NCBI GenBank assembly: GCA_030390025.1
Contig: CM059431.1
Location: 144,524,001 to 144,588,000, forward strand
Source: Squalus acanthias
Lineage: Eukaryota
Length of the DNA stretch: 64,000 bases
Direction of reading: 5' to 3'
Of this stretch, positions 25,664 through 37,600 are shown one piece after another. Position numbers and translations under genes: made by a program. Each line of letters opens with the position of its first letter. Positions within the stretch are counted from its first letter, which is position 1. Under the pieces are notes generated by a model. It had not been told where the DNA came from and ran no database searches. It saw nothing but the letters and a program-made list of their open reading frames with translations.

Positions 25664-27038
25664 ATGGGGCGAACAACTATTCTGCTGATCAAAGAGATTT
25701 ACTACCCGATTCTCGCGGCCGTCGGTGTCCCTGGTGAGCCATTGTAACCTGTTTTTTGGTTAATCGGGGTTAATTGTATTCATGTACATACAGCCTGTTT
25801 TAATAAGGTATTGAGTTTTCTAGAGGTCAACATTACACTTAATCGGTTAGCCTTACTGATGTTACCAAGTTCTTTGAATCTCCAACACAAGGATTTTAGC
25901 GGATTTCTGGACCGTCTTGTTCCCCCCGTGCAGAGTGAGCGCTGCAAAAGCTCATTAAAATATGTGGATGGGTTTCCCAGGTAATGGCTTTAATACGAAT
26001 CCTGTTCTCACACTGCTCCGTGTTGATAATCACACTGAATGGAATGAAATGATCTTAACAGGTATCTACTTATATATTTCAATCAGACACTGGGACGTTA
26101 TTTCTCTCCTCTCTCTCTTTCTTACAGCGAACTTGGTCACAATTGTGATTCTCTCCCGAGGAAACTGCGGCCTTTCGAAGTGTATCACTATCTACATGGT
26201 GGCCATGGCAACAGCAGATCTGCTTGTCTTGATCTTCAATGTAATAGGATATCATATTTTCAATTATCACTTTCCACTTTCATTCCTGTACCACACTCCC
26301 GTGTGTAAGTTCATTCTCTATATGACTGCTGTCAATCTCGATTTTTCTGTTTGGTTCACCGTCTCCTTCACATTTGACCGATGTGTTGTTATCTGCTGCC
26401 AGAAGTTTAAAGCAAAGTATTGCACCGAGAGAACTGCGGCCGCGGTCATAACAGCTTTCACGGTCGTAATCTTTTTAAGGGGCATCCCCATTTTGTTTGC
26501 ATTTGAAGCTGAACAAATCGTTAACAAGGTGCAGTGGGGCTGCCGGAACAGTGTGACTTTTGTTACCTCAGCTCCAGGTGTTGCCTACATCTGGTTTCAC
26601 AGCGCCTGGGGCGTTTGGCTTCCTTTTACTTTAATTGCATTTTTAAATTATTTGACAGTCAGACGTATTTTAGTGGCCAGCAGAGCCCGCAGGGGACTCC
26701 GGGGTCAAAGGAGTGAGAATCAGAGAGATACAGAGACAGAGAACCGAAGGAAATCCATCATTTTACTGTTCACTATATCGGGCAGTTTTATATTGTTGTG
26801 GATGACAGCTGCCGTGAGTTTTGTAACTACCAGACTGACAAACACCACCTATTATCGAGGTGACCGCACAGACACTGGTTATATCGCCATTGAAACTGGA
26901 ACAATGTTGAAGTTTTTCAGTTGCTTTCAAAACTCGTGCATTTATGTAGCGACCCAGAGGAAATACAGAGAAGAGCTGAAGAATGTGGTTAAATCCCCCT
27001 GGAGACTGATTCTGAGATTAGTTAGAAAATCAGAATAG
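25664..27038 (+). CDS. Class A GPCR, GPR139/GPR142-like, 326 aa; exons 25664-25733 and 26128-27038
   Basis: Exon 1 MGRTTILLIKEIYYPILAAVGVP with phase-1 G|GTGAG donor; polypyrimidine TTACAG acceptor; in-frame join PANLVT; ADLL, FDRC, seven hydrophobic segments. Confidence 0.92.
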
Positions 27039-27999
27039 AAAGAATCAAGTCAAACGAAAGCTTCCTCTCAACTAAAGTTCCATGTCAACTCAGATTCCAC
27101 CGTAAAACGTCATTCTTTCTGATAATGTGAGACATGGGAGATTTCTTTTGTGAACATTTCTTCCGTTTTGCAGCATGTCTTCTGTGCTTAAGTTTGTATG
27201 ATTCTTTCGTTGACTAAACATAACCTATTCCTGCAAATTTAGCCCATTTCAAATTCAGGGATCAACGATAGCAATGATGCGGTTCAGAAGCGGACATGTG
27301 GGGAACAGAGGAATCCACCGTACACTGCAGATACTGGGATCGGGCGCGCGACTTTAAAATCATCAATAAAGATTCATTCGCTGCCAAAACAATCAAAGTT
27401 CTTGCGATCGCCGATATTTGTAACTTTCCTGGAAGTTTGGTTTGAATATTGCAGGCGCGGGTCTCTCCATCGGACTCCATTACTCATTGACAAATAGCGC
27501 GTGCTCTTGTCCCGTGATCAGTGTTCGAATGGAGGAAACAGTCGGAACCCGACTCAGAGATGTGACCTTTCACCTTTTTTTTCCCCAAATACAGACTTAA
27601 AATCTTGATTGTGCGCTGACTGGAGTCTCTCACTCAGCACAAAGATGGAGTCTGATCTTGTTTTAAGCTGTCGATAAAAGTTTCATGAGTAATATTATTG
27701 ATATTCTGTCTCAATCAGTCTCCCAAACAAAGTTGTAAAGGAATGTAAAATGAATGATCTTTCATAAAGTTATTCATTATTACAATTGTTGCAAGTGATC
27801 TGTTAAAAATTCTGCCAGAAATTCAGATAAAATACAACTAATATTCAGTATTCTGCGTTTGGATGAACATTTGCAGACGGTCAGAAAGAATCTTTGGTAA
27901 TTACCATCTTATTATGTGGTTACACATTTTTGAAAATAATAATTCAAAAATACCTGAAACTTTGAATCAGTTACAAATTGTTCTTCGGTGATTTCGCCT

Positions 28000-28730
28000 G
28001 ATTGTGAGAGAAATGCCAAGGAATGGGAGCAGAGTCTCAATGGGAAGGAGCTGAAGGGTGTGGATGGACAGCGAGAGATAGGGATCCAAATATTCAATTC
28101 CTAGAAAGTTCCTGAGAAAACCAACAGGAATTACTGTTTTATGGACAGGGACATTAATCACACGAATAAACAAGTGATGATGAATCTTTACAAAATGTTG
28201 GTGAGGACACCTTTAGAACACCAGGTAAAGCTTCGCACCCTCATTGTGGAAAGGCCATGAAATCCACTGAGGGCGGGCAGTGTAGATACACCAGGATGGT
28301 GCCACGGATCAGAACTATACTGGTGATGAGGGTCAAGATATTGGGACTATTTGCACTGGAGCAGCGAAAGCTAAGAAGAGATTTAATAGAGATTCTAAAA
28401 ATGATCAACAGTTTCGTCAGAATAAAGCTGGAGAGATTATTCCATCTAATAAGGGAGATAGCAATAAAGGGTATTCGACTTAAAATGGTCACAATGGGAA
28501 TGAGCAGAGAGGTTAGAAGAAACTTCTTTATGCAAAGGGTGCTGGAGCATGAATGTTTTACCTCACGGAATAGTTAAGGGAAAGTTAGGAGAAGATTTGA
28601 AAACGAGAAAATAATTGTCTGTGGAGAGAGAGGAGGAGAGTGCCGATAGTTTTTCATTGCTGTCTCAAAGAACCGAGTACAGATTGAATGGGGCAAATTA
28701 ATTACACCCGCCCAGTTAATTTCTATGGTT
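28000..28730 (+). mobile_element. CR1 3' fragment
   Basis: RYTRMVP..LGLFALEQRKLRRDLIE..RRNFFMQRV. Confidence 0.8.
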
Positions 28731-29721
28731 TTATAGATTAATCTCTGCTGGTATCATTTCCATTTTTTAAGATACCCTCATCCCCGTTGAGCTTCTATTG
28801 AACAAAAGATTATAAATAAACTGATACCAAGGAAGATCCCAAAGGTTCAATTGTCACTTGTACCTTACAGGTTCACATTTTACGATAACCTCCTTTTATT
28901 TTGTAATGAGCTCTCTGTGCAGTGCGAGATCTCCCACCCATCCCATAATTCCTCACCGTTTGTAGATGTGGAACCTTGTCCGCTGCTTTGTTAATATCAG
29001 ACTGGGTCATTCCAGCTGCATTTCCCCTGCCCTACAGGCCAGTGATGTGTTTCAGAAACTCCAGCAGGTTAGTTAAAGATGACACATCGTCCCTTAAACC
29101 AATATAATTCCCTTTTACATTGCTCCACTCCCAGGTGCTCACCCACTGGATCTCTCCTGGCCTCATTTTAAACACTGGGATTATTTCAACCGCTGTCGGA
29201 TCCTCAGTAATCTTCTCTAATTGAGGTAACTTGCAGCAGTGTCAGTAAACCGTCACTCCTATCAGTCCCCATTCCTTTATCTCGAGGTATTAGGGTCCCT
29301 GGATTCCAGATTCCCATTTTATGTTGTTGAACACTTTAACTATATTTCAAAGCCCGTTGCTCTCTGTCGCTCATACAAGCACTCCTTCAATGATTCTCTT
29401 GTGTTCTATTTCGAATACTTACCAAACAGTCTTGGTTACTCCGTAATATCTACCTGCTAGATGTTTGGATAATTATAAAGCTTTTAATTTATCCTTAATA
29501 TTGCTCCCTGCATTATGACTTCTACCCACGGTGTCTCCTATTTTCTTTTAAATGGATAAATGCATTTTAATTCCACACTCAATAACACTGTCTTAACTAC
29601 TTTCCGCTTGCGTACTCCAGCGCTGGGACATTCCAGACCTGCACCATGGCCGGAATCTCACACGGACAGCGCGCGGATTATCGGATAATTATGGAAGGGC
29701 TTCGTTAGCTTTCAATCCTAA

Positions 29722-31518
29722 GAACAATAGAACATAAGAAATCGGAGCGGGAGTAGGCCATTTAGCACTTCAAGCCTGCTTCGCCATTCAATAAGATCAT
29801 GGCTGATCTTTAACCTCATCTCCACTTTCCTGAACTATCTCCATCTCCCTTGATTCCCTTAATATTCAAAAATGTATCGATCTCTGTCTTGAATATACTC
29901 AACGACTGAGTCTCCACAGTCATCTGGGTAGAGAATTCCAAAGATTCACCACCCTCTGAGTGAAGAAATTTCTCCTCATCTCAGTCCTAAATGGCCGACC
30001 CTTTATTCTGAGACTGTGACCAATGGTTCTATAATCCCCAGCCAGGGGAAACATCCTCCCTGCATCTAACCTGTCAAGCCCTGAAATTTTGTATATTTCA
30101 ATGAGATCACCTCTCATTCTTCTAAACTCTAGAAAATATAGGCCTACTCAATCTGTCCTCATAGAATAATCCCCCCATCCCAGGAACCAGTCTGGTGAAC
30201 CTTCGTTGCTCTCCCTCTATGGCAAATTTATCCTTCCTTAGGTAAGGAGACCAAAACTGTACACAATACTTCAGGTGTGGTCTCACCAGGGCCCTATATA
30301 ATTGCAGGTTTACATCTTGATTCTTAAATGTCTTAGTCCTCTTTTGCTGAATTCTAAAATCCTCCCTATCCTCAGGCTTACCACTCTTCTTGGCAGCATT
30401 AAAAGCCTCTTCCTTTGATCTAATACTATCTTTAACTTCTCTTGTTAACCACGGTTGGACCACTTTTCATGTGGAGTTTTTGTGCCTTAATGGAATGTAT
30501 ATTTGTTGTAAATTATGAATTAATTCTTTAAATGCCAGCCATTGCTCGTCCACTGTCATACATTTTAATGTATTTTCCCAATCTACATTAGCCAACACGC
30601 CCCTCATACCTCAGTAGTTTGCTTTGTTTAGATTTAAGACCCTAGTTTCGGATTTAAATAAGTCATTTTCAAACTCAATATAAAATTCTATAATTATATG
30701 GTTACTCTTTCCTAAGTGCCCCTTTACTACGGGTTTATCATTTAACCCTTTCTCGTTGTACAATACTAGATCTAAGTTCCTGTTCCCAGGTTGGTTCCTT
30801 AACATACTGATCTAGAAAACTATCTTACATACATTCCATGATTTCGTCCTCCACGCTATGACTGCAAATTTGATTTGCGCAGTACATATGTAAATTAAAG
30901 TCCCCCATCATTACTGTATTACCCTTGCTAGATTCGCCTCTAATTTCCTGATTTATAATCTGCCCTACATTACAACTAATGTTTGGGGACCTATAAACAA
31001 CTCCCTTCAATGTTTTCTGCGCCTTTCTGTTCTAAGCTCCACCCAAACTAATTCTGGTTCTTGATTTTCAGAGCTAAGATCCTTTCTCTCTAATGTCTGC
31101 ATCCCATCCTTTATTATCAGGGCTACCCTCCTCCTTTTTCATTTTGTCTCTCCCTTCCAAATTTATGTATCCTGGAATATTTATGTCCCAACCTTGGCCA
31201 CTGTGCAACCACGTCTCCGTTATGGCTATTAGATTAAACCTTTTAACTTCTATCTGCGCTATTAATTGATCTATTTTGTTGCGAATGCTTCACGCATTTA
31301 GAGATAATGCCTTTATCTTGGACTTATTTCCCTTTTTCCCTGCAGTCACCTTAGCCTTATTACCTTTGTTACTCTCTCTGTCCCTTCCTGACCCACTCTG
31401 TTTATTTTTACACAAAACTGTACTCTGTTCTAGTTCCTTGACATTTCACTGCTTTTAAACGTACTCTTTCCTGAACTCTCCCGCCACCCACCCCTCCCTG
31501 CTCCTTCATTAGTTTAAT
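29722..31518 (-). mobile_element. Internally deleted CR1 LINE
   Basis: Endonuclease (GVVYRSP, MGDFN, LDLVL) joined at ~30315 directly to the ORF2 C-terminus; RT core absent. Confidence 0.9.
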
Positions 31519-32135
31519 TCCATTGACATTAATGGGCGGATAACGCAAGCGGCACAGAATCATAGAATCAGAAAGCACATAAGGAGACCATGTGGCCTAT
31601 CGTGCCTCTCCCGGCTCTTTGAAATGGGTATCCAATTATTCCAACTACCCTGCTTTTTCCCCAAAGCCCAGCAAACCTTGCCTTTTAAAGTAAATATCCG
31701 GTTCTCTTTTAAAGTTACTATTTGTGAAAAGATGTCAGCAGTGGCTCTGTGGTCGCACTCTCGCCTCTGAATCAGATGGTAGTGGGTTTAAGTCCCGCTA
31801 CAGAGGCTTGAACACGAAATCTAGGTTGACATTCCAATGCAGTACTGATAGAATACTGCACTGTCACAGGTGCCGTCTTTCAGATGGGACGTTAAACCGA
31901 TTCCCGACTGCCCTGTCAGGAGGACGTAAAAGATCCCACAGCACTATTTGAAAGAAGAGATGGGGAGGTCTGTACAGCGTCCTGGACAATATTCATCCCT
32001 CAACCAACATCCCTGGTCATCATCTCATTGTTATTGGTGAGACCTGGCTGTGTACAATTTGGTGTCTTGCTTCCTACATGACAAAAATGAGAAGTCGCAC
32101 AACACCAGGTTATAGTCCAACAGATTTATTTAATT

Positions 32136-32174
32136 TTACAAGCTTTCGGAGCAGTTCGCTCCTTCGTCAGGTAA
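32136..32174 (-). ncRNA. Minimal hammerhead ribozyme motif
   Basis: TTAC-CTGACGA-A-GGAGC-gaact-GCTCC-GAAA-GC-TT-GTAA on the minus strand. Confidence 0.8.
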
Positions 32175-33734
32175 GTTTAGCAGTGAGAGAATCTCCCAGA
32201 ATTCACAATTTAAACACAGACAACATATATTCAAATCTTTCCCTACATCAAAGAGCATAGCCAAGACAATGAGATGTGTCCCAGGGGGTCCAACGTGTCA
32301 AACCACCTGCTGGCTGCATATCCTGTCAATCTGTGTAGGTTCTTGTGTTAGCCTTTTTTAAAAAAAACACCTGGGAAGACCGGCCATGATGTCAAGTCAC
32401 GTTCTGTATCGTGACATGAACCCGATATCGCGATTGAGGCCATCCTCATGAGTGCGGAACTTGGCTATCAGTTTCTGCTCTATGATTTTGCGCTGTCGTG
32501 TTCCATCCCACCATCAAACTCACCATGGACTACTCCTCAGAATCGGTTTCATTCTTGGACACACGAATCTCCATCAAAGACGGACGCCTCAGCACTTCAC
32601 TCTACCGCAAGCCCACGGACAACCTCACGATGCTCCACTTCTCCAGCTTCCACCCTAACCACGTTAAAGAAGCCATCCCCTATGGACAAGCCCTGCGAAT
32701 ACACAGGATCTGCTCAGACGAGGAGGAACGCGATGGACACCTACGGACACTGAAAGACGCCCTCGTAAGAACGGGATATGACGCTCGACTCGTCGATCGA
32801 CAGTTCCGACGGGCCACAGCGAAAAACCGCATAGACCTCCTCAGAAGACGAACACGGGACACAACCAACAGAGTACCCTACGTCGTCCAGTACTTCCCCG
32901 GAGCGGAAAAACTACGCCATGTTCTTCGCAGCCTTCAACATGTCATCGATGACGACGAACACCTTGCTAAGGCCATCCCCAAGCCTCCACTACTCGCCTT
33001 CAAGCAGCCGCCTAACCTCAAAAGTACCATCGTTCGCAGCAGATTACCCATCTTTCAGGCGAACAGCAACCAAGACACCACACAACCCTGCCACGGCAAC
33101 CTCTGCAAGACATGCCAAATCATGGACACAGATACCATCATCACACGTGAGGACACTACCCACCAGGTACACGGTACATACTAATGTGACTCGGCCAACG
33201 TTATCTACCTGATACGTTGCAGTAAAGGATGCTCCAGAGCATGGTACATCGGCGAGACCATGCAGACACTGAGACAACGTATGAACGGACACCGCGCAAC
33301 AATCGCCAGGCAGGAGGGTTGCCTCCCAGTCGGGGAACACTTCAGCAGCCAGGGGCATTCAGCCTCGGATATGCGGGTAAGCGTTCTCCAAGGCGGCCTT
33401 CGAGATACACGACAGCGCAAAATCATAGAGCAGAAACTGATAGCCAAGTTCCGCACTCATGAGGATGGCCTCAATCGCGATATCGGGTTCATGTCACGAT
33501 ACAGAACGTGATTTGACATCATGGCCGGTCTTCCCAGGTGTTTTTTTTAAAAAAAGGCTAAAACAAGAACCTACACAGATTGACAGGATATGCAGCCAGC
33601 AGGTGGTTTGACACGTTGGACCCCCTGGGACACATCTCATTGTCTTGGCTATGCTCTTTGATGTAGGGAAAGATTTGAATATATTTTGTCTGTGTTTAAA
33701 TTGTGAATTCTGGGAGATTCTCTCACTGCTAAAC

Positions 33735-33773
33735 TTACCTGATGAAGGAGCGAACTGCTCCGAAAGCTTGTAA
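33735..33773 (+). ncRNA. Minimal hammerhead ribozyme motif
   Basis: TTAC-CTGATGA-A-GGAGC-gaact-GCTCC-GAAA-GC-TT-GTAA. Confidence 0.8.
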
Positions 33774-34659
33774 AATTAAATAAATCTGTTGGACTATAAC
33801 CTGGTGTTGTGCGACTTCTCATTTTTGTCCACCCCAGTCCAACGCCGGCATCTCCACATCATGATTCCTACATGACAACAGTGTCTACAGTTCTAAAGTA
33901 TTTCATTGGCTGTAAAGGGCTTTAGGATGTCTTGGATATTTAAAGGAGCTGTAAACATGTAATATTTATTTTTTATTATTGAATTCGCTTCCAAGACCCT
34001 TTCAGACAATGCATTCTGGATTATAACAGTTCGCTACGTAGAAAAAAAATCTCCTCAACTCCTCCCTGGATCATTATCTAATTGCTTTAAATACGCGGCC
34101 TCTGATTACTGACCCTCCTGCCAGTGGAAACAATCTCTCCTTATTTACACTAAACCCCTTATAATTTTGAACATCTCTGTTAAATCTCCCCTGAACATTC
34201 TCTGCTCCATGGAGAATGATCCCACTTTCTCGCCATGTCGGCAGTTTCAGATCTTTCACCCGCTGTGGGCGAGGGCCCGCCCGAGACCTCACATCCGGGT
34301 ACCTCCAGTCTTGCCTTAATCTCTTCCTTGCTCAGTTTGGCAGATTAATCTTAATTTTTTTTCGTATAATCAACAATTTAAGAAGATTATTCTTAAATTT
34401 TTTTCGTACAATCAACAATTTACGAATCACATTTTAAATATGTTAACAAATACCCCTTTTGAAAGGATCCAATCTCTTCATTTACCGATTTAATCGAATC
34501 CCTTTTCATTTCATTTGACTCATCGGTTCAAAAAGTTGAAAAAAAATATGATTGATATTTTATGAATTCATAGTGGAGCTCTCTCCGTCTATGGAATTGT
34601 TCGACACTTCCCGCTTTCCTTCTCATCTTGGCCCCGCTCTCCTGGTCCCATTTCTTTCT

Positions 34660-37600
34660 GTCGGATCCCCACACTCTGCCAGATTCCATCCCACGGGTTC
34701 CCACACTCTGCCAGATTCCATCCCACGGGTTCCCGCACTCTGCCACATCCCAGTCGCACTGGTACCCACACTCTGCCAGATCCCAGTTCCACGGGTTCCC
34801 GCATATTGCCAGAGCCCAGTCCCACGGGTTCCCGCACTCTGCGAGATCCCAGTCCCACGGGTTCCCACACTCTGCCAGATCCCAGTCCCACGGGTTCCCA
34901 CACTCTTCCAGATCCCAGTCCCAAGGGTTCCCACACTCTGCCAGATCCCAGTCCCACGGATTCCCACACTCTTCCAGATCCCAGTCCCAAGGGTTCCCAC
35001 ACTCTTCCAGATTCCAGTCCCACGGGTTCCCAAACTCTGCGAGATCTCAGTCCCACGGTTTCCCGCATTTTGCCAGAGCCCAGTCCCACGGGTTCCCAAA
35101 CTCTGCCAGATCCCAGTCCCACGTGTTCCCGCACTCTGCCAGATCCCAGTCCCACGGGTTCCCACACTCTTCCAGATCCCAGTCCCAAGTGTTCCCACAC
35201 TCTGCCAGATCCCATGTCCCACGGGTTCCCACACTCTTCCAGATCCCAGTCCCAAGGGTTCCCACACTCTGCCAGATCCCAGTCCCACGGGTTCCCACAC
35301 TCTTCCAGATTCCAGTCCCACGGGTTCCCAAACTCTGCGAGATCTCAGTCCCACGGGTTCCCGCATTTTGCCAGAGCCCAGTCCCACAGGTTCCCAAACT
35401 CTGTGAGATCCCAGTCCCACGGGTTCCCGCACTCTGCCAGATCCCAGTCGCACGGGTTCCCGCACTCTGCCAGATCCCAGTCCCACGGGTTCCCGCACTC
35501 TGCCAGCTCCCAGTCCCACGGGTTCCCACACTCTTCCTGATCCCAGTTCTACGGGTTCCCACATTCAGCCAGATCCCAGTCCCACGGGTTCCCGCAATCT
35601 GACAGATCCCAGTCCCACGGGTTCCCACACTCTGCCAGATCCCATTCCCACGGGTTCTCACACTCTGCCAGTTTCCAGTCCCAAGGTTATTCCGCACTCT
35701 GCCAGATTCCAGTCCCTCGTGTTCCCGCAATCTGCCAGATCCCAGTCCCACGGGTTCCCACAATCTGTCTGATCCCAGTCACACGGGTTCCCTCACTCTG
35801 CCAGATCCCAGTCTCACGTGTTCCCACACTCTGCCAGATCCCAGTCCCAAGGTATTCCCGCACTCTGCCACATCCCAGTCCCACGGGTTCCCAGAATCTG
35901 TCTGATCCCAGTCACACGGGTTCCCACAATCTGCCAGATCCCAGTCTCACTGGTTGCCACCCTCTGCCAGATCCCATTCCATCGGGTTCCCATACTCTGC
36001 CAGTTCCCAGTCCCACGGGTTCCCGCACTCTGGGAGATCCCAGTCCCACGGGTTCCCGCAATCTGCCAGATCCCAGTCCCACTGTTTCCCGCATCTGCCA
36101 GATCCCAGTCCCACGGGTACCCGCATTTTGCCAGTTCCCAGTCCCACGGGTTCCCGCAATCTGACAGATCCCAGTCTCACGGGTTCCCACACGCTGCCAG
36201 TTCCCAGTCCCACGGGTTCCCGCAATCTGACAGATCCCAATCTCACGGGTTCCCGCAACCTGACAGATCCCAGTCTCACGGGTTCCCGCACTCTGCCAGT
36301 TCCCAGTCCCACGGGTTCCCGCAATCTGACAGATCCCAGTCCGACGGTTTCCCGCACTCTGACAGATCCCAGTCCCTCGTGTTCCCGCAATCTGCCAGGT
36401 CCCAGTCCCTCGTGTTCCCGCACTCTGCCAGATCCCAGTCCCACGGGTTCCAACAATCTGCCAGATCCCAGTCCCAAGGTTTTCCCGCACCGTGCCAGTT
36501 TCCAATCCCACGGGTTTCCACACAATGCCAGATCTCATTCCCACGGGTTCCCGCACTCTACCAGATCCCAGTCCCACGGGTTCCCACAATCTGCCAGATC
36601 CCAGTCCCACGGGTTGCCGCAATCTGCCAGATCCCAGTGCCACGGTTTCCCGCAATCTGCTAGATCCCAGTCCCACGGGTTCCCGCACTGTACCAGATCC
36701 CAGTCCCACGGGTTCCCACAATCTGCCAGATCACAGTCCCACGGGTTCCCACACTCTGCCTGTTCCCTACCCACGGGTTCCCACACTCTGACAGATCCCA
36801 GTCACACGGGTTCCCGCACTCTGCCAGATCCCAGTCCCAAGGTTTTCCCGTACTCTGCCAGATCCCAGTCCCACGGGTTCCCAGAATCTGTCTGATCCCA
36901 GTCACACGGGTTCCCACAATCTGCCAGATCCCAGTCTCACTGGTTCCCACCCTCTGCCAGATCCCATTCCATCGGGTTCCCATACTCTGCCAGTTTCCAG
37001 TCCCACGGGTTCCCACACTCTGGGAGATCCCAGTCCCACGGGTTCCCGCACTCTGGGAGATCCCAGTCCCACGGGTTCCCGCAATCTGCCAGATCCCAGT
37101 CCCACTGTTTCCCGCACTCTGCCAGATCCCAGTCCCACGGGTACCCGCATTTTGCCAGTTCCCAGTCCCACGGGTTCCCGCAATCTGACAGATCCCAGTC
37201 TCACGGGTTCCCACACGCTGCCAGTTCCCAGTCCCACGGGTTCCCGCAATCTGACAGATCCCAATCTCACGGGTTCCCGCAACCTGACAGATCCCAGTCT
37301 CACGGGTTCCCGCACTCTGCCAGTTCCCAGTCCCACGGGTTCCCGCAATCTGACAGATCCCAGTCCGACGGTTTCCCGCACTCTGACAGATCCCAGTCCC
37401 TCGTGTTCCCGCAATCTGCCAGGTCCCAGTCCCTCGTGTTCCCGCACTCTGCCAGATCCCAGTCCCACGGGTTCCAACAATCTGCCAGATCCCAGTCCCA
37501 AGGTTTTCCCGCACCGTGCCAGTTTCCAATCCCACGGGTTTCCACACAATGCCAGATCTCATTCCCACGGGTTCCCGCACTCTACCAGATCCCAGTCCCA

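Larger units (their letters stand above)
32080..33864 (+). mobile_element. Penelope-like element with inverted terminal duplication
   Basis: FLDTRI..STSLYRKPT, IYLIRC..WYIGET GIY-YIG; 32080-32501 is the reverse complement of 33407-33829; TSD TTCCTACATGACAA. Confidence 0.93.
31733..33975 (+). mobile_element. Deu-domain SINE (31733-32084, resumes 33865-33975)
   Basis: tRNA-like head with A/B-box-like motifs; GCCGTCTTTCAGATG..GTTAAACCGA..TAAAAGATCCCA core; tail resumes after the Penelope insert. Confidence 0.8.
31555..34240 (-). mobile_element. CR1 3' fragment split by nested insertions (31555-31722 and ~33975-34240)
   Basis: CATAGAAT tail at left; RGDL-like and ERLFPLAGGSVIRG sequence at right. 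Confidence 0.7.

Noticed and set aside
25962..26127. ORF-track N-termini of the GPCRs (also 60000-60069)
   Set aside because: Intronic read-through; a conserved exon 1 with canonical splice sites supplies the first half of TM1
27426..27434. STAT/GAS motif TTCCTGGAA
   Set aside because: Single 9-mer expected by chance; not seen downstream of copy 2
31733..31810. tRNA gene
   Set aside because: Degenerate SINE head; no intact cloverleaf
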